Positions 7,792 to 14,555 of a DNA stretch of 35,792 nt are shown piece by piece. How positions within the stretch are numbered: position 1 is the first letter of the stretch; each line of letters begins with the position of its first letter. The position numbers and the translations under genes are program-made. The notes beneath the pieces were generated by a model, which worked only from the letters and a program-made list of their open reading frames with translations, ran no database searches and was not told where the DNA came from. This DNA is from a virus (taxonomy: Duplodnaviria > Caudoviricetes), in IMG/VR virus record IMGVR_UViG_3300043414_000175, positions 1-35,792 of that record. One strand, written 5' to 3'.

Positions 7792-8339
7792 AAGTTTTAA
7801 TTGCTTGCGAATACTCAGGACGTGTGCGTGATGCCTTTCTTGCGCTTGGCCATGAAGCAATGAGTTGCGACTTGTTGCCAACTGATGCGCCTGGACCACA
7901 TTACCAAGGCGCTGTGCAAGACGTTATTAATGACGGTTGGGATTTAATGATTTGCCACCCGCCATGCACACATTTAGCTGTTTCAGGTGCGCGTCACTTT
8001 GCTGCCAAGAAAGCCAGTGGCGTACAAGATGAAGCGTTAGATTTTGTTCGTATGTTGCTAAATGCCAACATCCCTAAGATTGCTTTGGAAAACCCTGTAA
8101 GCATTATTTCCAGCCGAATCCGAAAGCCTGACCAAATCATTCAGCCTTGGCAGTTTGGGCATGGTGAAACTAAATCAACGTGCTTGTGGCTTAAAGGCTT
8201 GCCATTGCTTACGCCTACGGACATTGTGGAAGGCCGTTCAGACCGCATACACAAGATGCCTCCAAGCCCAGACCGTTGGAAGCTGCGTTCTACAACCTAC
8301 CAAGGTATTGCCAATGCTATGGCAGACCAGTGGGGTTGA
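7788..8339 (+). CDS. Short DNA cytosine-5 methyltransferase-like protein
   Basis: VLIACEYSG (motif I variant), HPPCTHL (catalytic PC), ENPV, QPWQFGH, RSTTYQGIANAMADQWG. Confidence 0.8.
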   Translation: MKVLIACEYSGRVRDAFLALGHEAMSCDLLPTDAPGPHYQGAVQDVINDGWDLMICHPPCTHLAVSGARHFAAKKASGVQDEALDFVRMLLNANIPKIALENPVSIISSRIRKPDQIIQPWQFGHGETKSTCLWLKGLPLLTPTDIVEGRSDRIHKMPPSPDRWKLRSTTYQGIANAMADQWG

Positions 8340-8340
8340 T

Positions 8341-8547
8341 ATGAATTTTTTTCAAGCAATGCAAATTCTTGACGGAATCAAGGATAATCTGTCTTATAAT
8401 CTAGACACAATCAACAAAGCACTTGAACTGACAGGCGACCTAGATGGATTTCAACCAAGTATTCGAGCAACAAGTGGAGCATTTGACAAAGATGGCTTTA
8501 CAAAAGGGCTGGATTGCTTACGCCAAGGAACGAGCGCAGGAACTTGA
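8341..8547 (+). CDS. Hypothetical protein
   Basis: ATG right after methyltransferase stop (MNFFQAMQILD...ALELTGDL); 3' half overlaps next ORF. Confidence 0.5.
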   Translation: MNFFQAMQILDGIKDNLSYNLDTINKALELTGDLDGFQPSIRATSGAFDKDGFTKGLDCLRQGTSAGT

Positions 8548-8617
8548 GAACGACCAGACGGGGATTTTTAAGGGGTTGGTTGAAGCGGTAAGAGAACGAG
8601 TAAATGAACGTAAATAA
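8444..8617 (+). CDS. Hypothetical protein (57 aa)
   Basis: MDFNQVFEQQVEHLTKMALQKGWIAYAKERAQELE...; translated manually. Confidence 0.55.
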   Translation: MDFNQVFEQQVEHLTKMALQKGWIAYAKERAQELENDQTGIFKGLVEAVRERVNERK

Positions 8618-8628
8618 AAGGATATGAA

Positions 8629-8817
8629 ATGGAACTCGACACAAGAATTGAAACGACACGCAAGCGCCGCCACATCAATGTTGACGCGCATGGTGATGAA
8701 GTTTGGGTAAGCATTGTGGTAGAGGCTGCCCGTTGCCACGTTACGCTGACCAAGGAGCAGGCTAAGGACATGATTGCCGCCTTGATTCGCATTGTTGATG
8801 CAGAGGTGACCAAATGA
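8629..8817 (+). CDS. Hypothetical protein
   Basis: AAGGA Shine-Dalgarno; ATGA coupling to next gene. Confidence 0.65.
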   Translation: MELDTRIETTRKRRHINVDAHGDEVWVSIVVEAARCHVTLTKEQAKDMIAALIRIVDAEVTK

Positions 8818-8966
8818 GTGAGCAAGCCCTAATTGAACAACTCAAGCAAGCCTTGACCTTAGCGCGTGAAGCCTTGTCGCATACTGACACGCAAATTTAC
8901 CATCCAAACTTTGACGCTGAAGAAGCTGCGTTGGTGGCCATTGACTTTGCATTGGAGAAGCTATGA
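8814..8966 (+). CDS. Hypothetical protein (50 aa)
   Basis: MSEQALIEQLKQALTLAREAL...; GAGGTG Shine-Dalgarno, ATGA overlaps both sides. Confidence 0.6.
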   Translation: MSEQALIEQLKQALTLAREALSHTDTQIYHPNFDAEEAALVAIDFALEKL

Positions 8967-9064
8967 ACTGGCCATTTAACTACCCACCCGTACCGTGGAC
9001 TGCAAAGCAAATCAAAGAATACGCGCAACAAAAACGCGCACAAACAGAGGACGCACTGCTATGA
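8963..9064 (+). CDS. Hypothetical protein (33 aa)
   Basis: MNWPFNYPPVPWTAKQIKEYAQQKRAQTEDALL; GGAG Shine-Dalgarno, ATGA overlaps both sides. Confidence 0.55.
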   Translation: MNWPFNYPPVPWTAKQIKEYAQQKRAQTEDALL

Positions 9065-9417
9065 GCAACCCATATCTAGATTACAAATACGACAAAATAA
9101 CAATGCCACAAGCAGATGCGGCTAAATATACATTCAGTCAACCGCCAAGCAACATTGTTTTTTATGACACATCAACTGGAAATCAACGAGAAGTGATGCG
9201 CATTACAAAAGATGGCGTTACGTCAAACCCAGATGTTCCAACGGATGAAGGTGCTAAAGCAATTATTCGAGCTTTGGATGCTTACATCAAGAATCTGACA
9301 CAGCGCACATGGGTTGGACTAACGGATGAACAAAAACAGACTGCGGCTTGGTCGGACGGAAGTTTTGGCTCTGGCGCACTTTGGGCTGAAAAGCAACTCA
9401 AGGAGAAAAACACATGA
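9061..9417 (+). CDS. Hypothetical protein
   Basis: Start MSNPYL after GAGGA; C-terminal RTWVGLTDE...EKQLKEKNT module. Confidence 0.65.
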   Translation: MSNPYLDYKYDKITMPQADAAKYTFSQPPSNIVFYDTSTGNQREVMRITKDGVTSNPDVPTDEGAKAIIRALDAYIKNLTQRTWVGLTDEQKQTAAWSDGSFGSGALWAEKQLKEKNT

Positions 9418-9515
9418 TTGAAAACATTGCAACCATTGTTCTTCTAATTGGCATTGGCGTTGTTCTAGTTGTGGGCGTTTTAGTTTGCATTTTGATGGCA
9501 AGTTTTAAAGAATGA
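9414..9515 (+). CDS. Single-TM peptide (33 aa)
   Basis: MIENIATIVLLIGIGVVLVVGVLVCILMASFKE; AAGGAG Shine-Dalgarno; ATGA overlaps. Confidence 0.6.
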   Translation: MIENIATIVLLIGIGVVLVVGVLVCILMASFKE

Positions 9516-9802
9516 GGCGGGCCGCAAAAACAGATGCTAACCAGGATGCCGTAGTGTCTGCGCTTCGGGCGGCTGGCGCTACGGTTCAATCTTTAGCCGC
9601 AGTTGGCAAGGGTGTGCCAGACCTTCTTGTTGGATACCAACGACAGACATTTCTTATTGAGGTCAAGGATGGTCAGAAAGTGCCTTCAGCGCGTCAATTA
9701 ACTGAAGATCAAGTGAAGTGGCATGGTGAGTGGAAAGGTGGCCTTCTAGCCGTTGCTGAAGGCCCAGAGCAAGCATTAAAGATTATTGGAGTAATCAAAT
9801 GA
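9512..9802 (+). CDS. VRR-NUC-like nuclease / putative Holliday junction resolvase
   Basis: GVPDLLVG...LIEVKDG...LTEDQVKWH PD-(D/E)xK motif. Confidence 0.8.
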   Translation: MRRAAKTDANQDAVVSALRAAGATVQSLAAVGKGVPDLLVGYQRQTFLIEVKDGQKVPSARQLTEDQVKWHGEWKGGLLAVAEGPEQALKIIGVIK

Positions 9803-10050
9803 GCATTGAAAAGACATTGAAACAACGCCAAAAGACACATGGCGACTTTGCAACACACGCAGCAATTAGCCAAGAACTTAAAGCTGTGCTGTGGAAACAT
9901 GATTTCCAAGGTCTTGCTCCTGACCAGATTGAAGCATTGGAAATGATTTGTCACAAGATCGCTCGTGTTTTAAACGGCAACCCTGACCACCACGACCACT
10001 GGCACGACATTGCAGGCTACGCTACTTTGGTGGCAGACAGGCTTGAATGA
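9799..10050 (+). CDS. Conserved phage protein (DUF6378-like)
   Basis: RQKTHGDF...KIARVLNGNPDHHDHWHDIAGYATLV. Confidence 0.65.
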   Translation: MSIEKTLKQRQKTHGDFATHAAISQELKAVLWKHDFQGLAPDQIEALEMICHKIARVLNGNPDHHDHWHDIAGYATLVADRLE

Positions 10051-10466
10051 AATACGACTTAGACAACTATGAGCAAGCGCAAGCCTTGATGACTAGCGTT
10101 TGGCCCAAAGTCCGTGAGGCTTTGGTTTATGGCAAGAAGTTGACGCTTGAAATTAAGGCGCAAAACCGTAGTGATGAGCAAAATCGTAAATATCACGCAA
10201 TCTTTAGCGACATTGCACGACAGGCCGAGCATTGCGGCTCTAAGTGGGATGCAGAAGATTGGAAAAGAATGTTGGTCTGGCAATACTGCAAAGAAAATCA
10301 GATTGAAGCAGGCAAGGTTGTGCCAAGCCTAGACATGACCGGAATTGTTCAATTAGGACAACAGACCCGCAAATTCACTAAAGAGCAGGCAAGCGAGTTT
10401 GTTGAATGGCTTTTGGCTTGGTCTGCTAACAACGGAATTGAACTTAATGACACGCAAAAAATGTAA
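10047..10466 (+). CDS. ninB: NinB/Orf-family recombination protein
   Basis: RSDEQNRKYHAIFSDIARQ...WDAEDWK...VVPSLD...TRKFTKEQASEFVEWLLAW. Confidence 0.85.
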   Translation: MKYDLDNYEQAQALMTSVWPKVREALVYGKKLTLEIKAQNRSDEQNRKYHAIFSDIARQAEHCGSKWDAEDWKRMLVWQYCKENQIEAGKVVPSLDMTGIVQLGQQTRKFTKEQASEFVEWLLAWSANNGIELNDTQKM

Positions 10467-10908
10467 ACGCACTGTTTACCCACTTTTGAACAGCCTAGCG
10501 CATGGGCTTGCTGGCGCTGCTATCTCTGACAGCAAGTCTTTGGACAAACTGCGCTTGTGTGAACTATCCGCAATTGACGCAATGACCAAAGGCATGGGAA
10601 CCACAGAAGATTGGCGCTGGCTTGCCGATGTGTGCAACATTGCCGAGACAATGGGCAAATCAGGCATTGGTCCTGAAGTCTTACCGTATTGTGAGGAAGT
10701 GCAGACCGCTTTGCTAGAAGCCGCAGAGCGTTACCAAAAGACAGGCAAGATGGGCTTGTCAGGCATTGGCATTACAAAAGTAAAAGATTTGTGGGAATAC
10801 CACGAACTTCAGCGCACAAGCATTGCCAGGTCTGAATACGAAAAGATGATTCGTAAAACCGCAAATTACATTAAAAGTCACGGAAAAGATGTGGTGGAAA
10901 TAGCATGA
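10447..10908 (+). CDS. Hypothetical protein
   Basis: Start MTRKKCKR, helical 153-aa ORF in co-directional run. Confidence 0.7.
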   Translation: MTRKKCKRTVYPLLNSLAHGLAGAAISDSKSLDKLRLCELSAIDAMTKGMGTTEDWRWLADVCNIAETMGKSGIGPEVLPYCEEVQTALLEAAERYQKTGKMGLSGIGITKVKDLWEYHELQRTSIARSEYEKMIRKTANYIKSHGKDVVEIA

Positions 10909-11108
10909 AACAAGATGAAATCATTGAAATGCCTGAATACCTAAATGCCGCCTACGAAGGTGATGATTTATACACAGGCGACCAAGTTCGTGAACTAATG
11001 AAACTGATAGCAGCTAAAGAGCGTGAGGCGTGTGCAAAGGTGTGTGAGCAAAATCAATGGACTGCTGCTGGATGTGCTTATTTAATCCGAGCAAGAGGTG
11101 AAGCATGA
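10905..11108 (+). CDS. Hypothetical protein
   Basis: Common phage module AAKEREACAKVCE...IRARGE. Confidence 0.65.
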   Translation: MKQDEIIEMPEYLNAAYEGDDLYTGDQVRELMKLIAAKEREACAKVCEQNQWTAAGCAYLIRARGEA

Positions 11109-11416
11109 TGATTCCCAAGTTCAACTACTTTAGAAGCAAAGCACATTTAAAGAATGTAGCAAGCCTACCTTGCCAAAACTGCTACATAGAAGACCAAACC
11201 CAAGCCGCACACAGCAATTGGGCTGAACACGGCAAAGGCCGTGGAATCAAGGCAAGTGACGAATTTACAGCCGCTTTGTGTCAAAAATGCCACATGGAAC
11301 TAGATTCTGGCGCACGACTTACAAAAGAACAGCGCCGTTCGTTGTGGCAAATGGCCTATCAAAAGACCGTGGTAAACCTAAAAAACCAAAGCAAATGGCC
11401 AGATCACTTACCGTGA
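11105..11416 (+). CDS. Zn-binding HNH-like nuclease (Ref/DUF968/DUF1364-like)
   Basis: VASLPCQNC...QAAHSN...GRGIKASD...ALCQKCHMELD. Confidence 0.7.
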   Translation: MMIPKFNYFRSKAHLKNVASLPCQNCYIEDQTQAAHSNWAEHGKGRGIKASDEFTAALCQKCHMELDSGARLTKEQRRSLWQMAYQKTVVNLKNQSKWPDHLP

Positions 11417-11571
11417 GCCTTAGACGCTGGCATCTTTTCGTGCTTTTTCAATTCTTTCTCAACTGCAGCAATGCGGCGCATTTCATCTTTATGTTCTTTG
11501 ACAGGTTCGTAATGACCCGTTGGGGTTTTTTTAGAAGCAAGATTCTTGGTAACTATAAATTTGGTGGCCAT
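11404..11571 (-). CDS. Small basic protein (55 aa) on opposite strand
   Basis: MATKFIVTKNLASKKTPTGHYEPVKEHKDEMRRIAAVEKELKKHEKMPASKAHGK; AGGA Shine-Dalgarno; fills gap; not in ORF track. Confidence 0.65.
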   Translation of the reverse strand: MATKFIVTKNLASKKTPTGHYEPVKEHKDEMRRIAAVEKELKKHEKMPASKAHGK

Positions 11572-11593
11572 GTTATTTCCTGTTAAAATTGCA

Positions 11594-11622
11594 TTGACAT
11601 TGTGCCACTAACGGCATAAAGT
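11594..11622 (+). promoter_or_regulatory. Putative sigma70 promoter for late/packaging operon
   Basis: TTGACA-17 nt-TAAAGT; spacer holds inverted repeat TGCC-N6-GGCA. Confidence 0.65.
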
Positions 11623-11650
11623 CACCAAACAACTTCCTGAAGGAAACATC

Positions 11651-11866
11651 ATGGGTAAAATGGATTCAAGCAAAGGCATCCCCAGTTCTACTGGCGCAAC
11701 ACCACCTAAAGGCGCTGACAAGCCTGACAACAGCGGAAACCGCATGGGCAAGGTAGTTGGCGGCGTGGGCATGGGCAAAGAAGACATGACAGGCGCAGAC
11801 AAACAGTTCAACACTGGCAAGACTGCTGGCGTTTGCTACGTCAAAGAAAAAGCGTCTTACTGCTAA
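11651..11866 (+). CDS. Small Gly/Lys-rich disordered protein
   Basis: AAGGA Shine-Dalgarno; first gene after promoter. Confidence 0.7.
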   Translation: MGKMDSSKGIPSSTGATPPKGADKPDNSGNRMGKVVGGVGMGKEDMTGADKQFNTGKTAGVCYVKEKASYC

Positions 11867-11873
11867 AATAGAC

Positions 11874-11940
11874 GAAGCCCAAACAGTCGAGCAGGACTGA
11901 TGGGCTTCTAGGCATAACAAATAAGGAGATTTGCCATGCT
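11874..11940 (+). promoter_or_regulatory. Double-hairpin leader enclosing RBS and start codon
   Basis: GAAGCCCA..CAGTC/GACTG.TGGGCTTC, then GGCAT..CAAAT[AAGGAG]ATTTG..ATGCT; TGcTAAAAT extended -10 at 11861-11869. Confidence 0.55.
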
Positions 11941-12163
11941 TGTGAAGAATTGTAAGGCTTGTGACCACTTTGTAGATAGTGGACACGCTGTTGGTACTTG
12001 TCGGCGCTTTCCGATATACCAAAACCGCAGCCCAATGGAACGCTGCGGTGAATTCACGCCTGTGCCTTACGCAGACCCTGTTCCTGATATGTTGGCCTTG
12101 CCTGTCCGTGACATGACAGAAGACAAGCCCAAACGCAAATACACACGCAAGGTGGCCGCATGA
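11936..12163 (+). CDS. Four-cysteine metal-binding small protein
   Basis: CKACDHF...GTCRRFP...RCGEF, basic tail KPKRKYTRK. Confidence 0.7.
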   Translation: MLVKNCKACDHFVDSGHAVGTCRRFPIYQNRSPMERCGEFTPVPYADPVPDMLALPVRDMTEDKPKRKYTRKVAA

Positions 12164-12447
12164 ACATCAAGCCATTACGCGACAAAATCATTGTAAAGCC
12201 CGAAGTGCGCTTTAAGTCTGAAGTGTTGGACTTGAGCAAGGTGGAAGGCTATCCCACGACAGGCCATGTGGTCGCTTTGGGTGACGATGCTATGCGCCAA
12301 GGTCTAAAGATGGGCGATAAAGTCCACTTTGGTACGGTAGCGCACACAGCCAAAGACGAATATCTGAAGTTTGAGCCATTAAAGCTAGGTGATGACCAAT
12401 GCTTAAAAATGTCGTGGCAGGATGTGTGTTTCGTTGAAGAAGCATGA
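12160..12447 (+). CDS. groES: GroES/Cpn10-like co-chaperonin
   Basis: MNIKPLRDKIIVKP...TGHVVALG...LKMGDKVHF...MSWQDV. Confidence 0.8.
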   Translation: MNIKPLRDKIIVKPEVRFKSEVLDLSKVEGYPTTGHVVALGDDAMRQGLKMGDKVHFGTVAHTAKDEYLKFEPLKLGDDQCLKMSWQDVCFVEEA

Positions 12448-12647
12448 TAGTCAAAGAAAACATTTACACCTTGGCATTGGCTTATTCACTAGCCAAACAG
12501 CAGTTGGAGTTCTACAAAAAGAACGGCAACCGCTACCATGCCAGTATGTATAAAGGCATCGTGTATTCGTTTGAGGAACGGTTTAAGAACCTGAATGAAG
12601 ACATTGATGTGCTTGCCTATTTTGGGGAAAACAATGCTCAAGCGTAA
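12444..12647 (+). CDS. Hypothetical protein
   Basis: ATGA-coupled 67-aa ORF. Confidence 0.6.
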   Translation: MIVKENIYTLALAYSLAKQQLEFYKKNGNRYHASMYKGIVYSFEERFKNLNEDIDVLAYFGENNAQA

Positions 12648-12756
12648 GATTCAATGGTTAATTTGGAAAATCGGCAAATTGCTTGAGAAAAAAGACCCAA
12701 AGAAACGCCCCCGACTTTATAAACAATCAACCGTAGTAACTGGAGAAGATAAATGA
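12634..12756 (+). CDS. Hypothetical basic peptide (40 aa)
   Basis: MLKRKIQWLIWKIGKLLEKKDPKKRPRLYK...; GGGGA Shine-Dalgarno; translated manually. Confidence 0.5.
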   Translation: MLKRKIQWLIWKIGKLLEKKDPKKRPRLYKQSTVVTGEDK

Positions 12757-12911
12757 AAGAAGTAATCCAAAAGCGCATTGAGGAATTGATGGCGCAAGGC
12801 AAACAGATGGAAGTCAACCTGCACATGATTAATGGTGCAATCCAGCAGTGCCAGTGGCAGTTGTCTGAGTTGGACAAAGAAGAAGTGCCAGAAGAACCAA
12901 AAGCTGAATAA
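12753..12911 (+). CDS. Small coiled-coil protein (52 aa)
   Basis: MKEVIQKRIEELMAQGKQMEVNLHMINGAIQQCQWQL...; GGAG Shine-Dalgarno. Confidence 0.65.
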   Translation: MKEVIQKRIEELMAQGKQMEVNLHMINGAIQQCQWQLSELDKEEVPEEPKAE

Positions 12912-12939
12912 AATCTGGTAAACAACCAGAGGAATTCTT

Positions 12940-14046
12940 ATGCCAACCCTTGCTGAACTGCTGCAACTTCAACAAAATGCTGACGCTTACGTTGGCTATC
13001 CACAATTGCAGCGGCAAGCGGCAAGGATGAAGCAAGCGCAAGCAGGCCGTATTCCTGAAAACCTGCCAGACCCTAGAACTTATGGTTTTGCGCGTGGTGT
13101 GTTGGGAAGTACACCTGATGAACTTGGCATGAGCGTTTTGTCGCCAAATACGGCAAAAGCCAAAGAATCGGCATATTACGGCAATCAACTGTCAAACCTT
13201 GCCCAAATTGCTGCTGCTGCTAATCCTGCTTTAAGGGGGGTAGGTAAGTTGGCATCAATTGAAGATTCTGCTTCTATGAAATTAGCCCAACAACGTGCAT
13301 CTTTACCTATTTCTCAAAATGGATTAGGGCTTGCAAAAAATAACACGTCAGCCGATAGAGCAAAAGCAATGGGATTTGATACAGATGTTTATCATGGGAC
13401 AACAAGCCCAGACATTAAACGTTTTGATACATCATTGTCTGGTAGCAAAAGTGGCAATCCGTTTGATGATTATGCTTTTTCTACAACAAACCCAGAAAAT
13501 GCTAGTGGATATTCTTTAAATTGGAAAACATATAAAGATTATGTTCAAAAACTCCCTGAGTTTCGTTCTTTGGAAGAAAAACGAAATGAAATTTTGAAAC
13601 AGGTTTCAGAAGCAGTTGGTAATGGAGAACATTACAAAATCAATCAATTGCGTAAAGAATTAAACGGAATTCATGAAAGTCAGCAAAACTTTTATAACGA
13701 TTTTATGAATGGCAAATACGTTTCTGAAGGCGCAACTGTTTACCCTATGAAAGTAAGAAGTCAAGATTTTATGCCTTACGAAGCAGAAGGTAAAAATTGG
13801 ATGCGTGTTAATCGTCCTGCAATTGAAGAATCGCAAAGGCAAGGATATGAAGGAGTTGCTATTAAGAACGTAAAAGACAATGCAGGTAAAGGTCTTGATG
13901 TTGTTGCTGATACATATGCGTCAAACAATCCTGATTTGTTTAGATTACGTAATGCGGCCTTTGACCCTTGGAGAAAAACAGCCGCAATCGCTTCTGCGAT
14001 GGGAGTTGCAGCTCCTGATTTAATGGCAAAAGAACGTAAAAAATGA
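12940..14046 (+). CDS. Chimeric protein with C-terminal ADP-ribosyltransferase-like (ART-PolyVal-like) domain
   Basis: RAKAMGFDTDVYHGT, AFSTTNPENASGY, VYPMKVR, GYEGVAIKNVKD, RLRNAAFDP. Confidence 0.7.
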   Translation: MPTLAELLQLQQNADAYVGYPQLQRQAARMKQAQAGRIPENLPDPRTYGFARGVLGSTPDELGMSVLSPNTAKAKESAYYGNQLSNLAQIAAAANPALRGVGKLASIEDSASMKLAQQRASLPISQNGLGLAKNNTSADRAKAMGFDTDVYHGTTSPDIKRFDTSLSGSKSGNPFDDYAFSTTNPENASGYSLNWKTYKDYVQKLPEFRSLEEKRNEILKQVSEAVGNGEHYKINQLRKELNGIHESQQNFYNDFMNGKYVSEGATVYPMKVRSQDFMPYEAEGKNWMRVNRPAIEESQRQGYEGVAIKNVKDNAGKGLDVVADTYASNNPDLFRLRNAAFDPWRKTAAIASAMGVAAPDLMAKERKK

Positions 14047-14459
14047 CAGATCAAACACGACCCGTAGGTAGACCAACCTTGTATAACCCCGCCATGTGTG
14101 AGGAAGTTATTGCATTGGGCAAGATTGGTAAATCTGTAGAACAAATTGGCGCTATTTTGGGTGTTGGCACTAGAACTTTGTTTACATGGCGTGATACGCA
14201 TGACGAATTTCAGCACGCCATGGAGTTAGCAAAGGAATTAGAGCTTGCTTGGTGGGAAGATCAAGCGCAAGCCTATATGCTGGAACACAAGGATGCTGCG
14301 AAGCTGAACACTGGCCTTTGGTCGCGTTCAATGGCCGCAAGGTTTCCAAAGAAGTACCGTGAAAGCACAAAGACTGAGATTACAGGGGCTGATGGTGCGC
14401 CGTTGCTGTCTGGTATCAACGTGACATTTGTAAAGCCTGAAAAAGAAAAGCTGGATTAG
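14043..14459 (+). CDS. terS: Terminase small subunit
   Basis: GRPTLYNP, HTH, WRDTHDEF, KTEITGADGAPL...INVTFVKP; upstream of terL. Confidence 0.85.
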   Translation: MTDQTRPVGRPTLYNPAMCEEVIALGKIGKSVEQIGAILGVGTRTLFTWRDTHDEFQHAMELAKELELAWWEDQAQAYMLEHKDAAKLNTGLWSRSMAARFPKKYRESTKTEITGADGAPLLSGINVTFVKPEKEKLD

Positions 14460-14525
14460 CTCAGTTGGTAGAGCGCCCGCCTTGTAAGCGGAAGGTCGAT
14501 GGTTCAATTCCTTCATCCAGCACCA
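14450..14525 (+). tRNA. tRNA-Thr(UGU)
   Basis: 76-nt cloverleaf: GCTGGAT/ATCCAGC acceptor, GCTC/GAGC D stem, loop CTTGTAA, TTCAATT T loop, encoded CCA; one mismatch each in anticodon and T stems. Confidence 0.92.
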
Positions 14526-14555
14526 TTTCTGAAGCGATGGATATATAATAAACAC

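Noticed and set aside
7318-7899. 193-aa minus-strand ORF
   Set aside because: Antisense shadow of two well-supported plus-strand genes; no motifs.
11890-11910. Hammerhead ribozyme (CTGATG)
   Set aside because: Reads CTGATGG rather than CTGANGA, has no correctly placed GAAA, and is explained by a simple hairpin.
14450-14525. tRNA-Thr as an attP or prophage boundary (P22 integrates at a tRNA-Thr)
   Set aside because: No integrase, no duplicated tRNA 3' end, and phage packaging genes lie on both sides.
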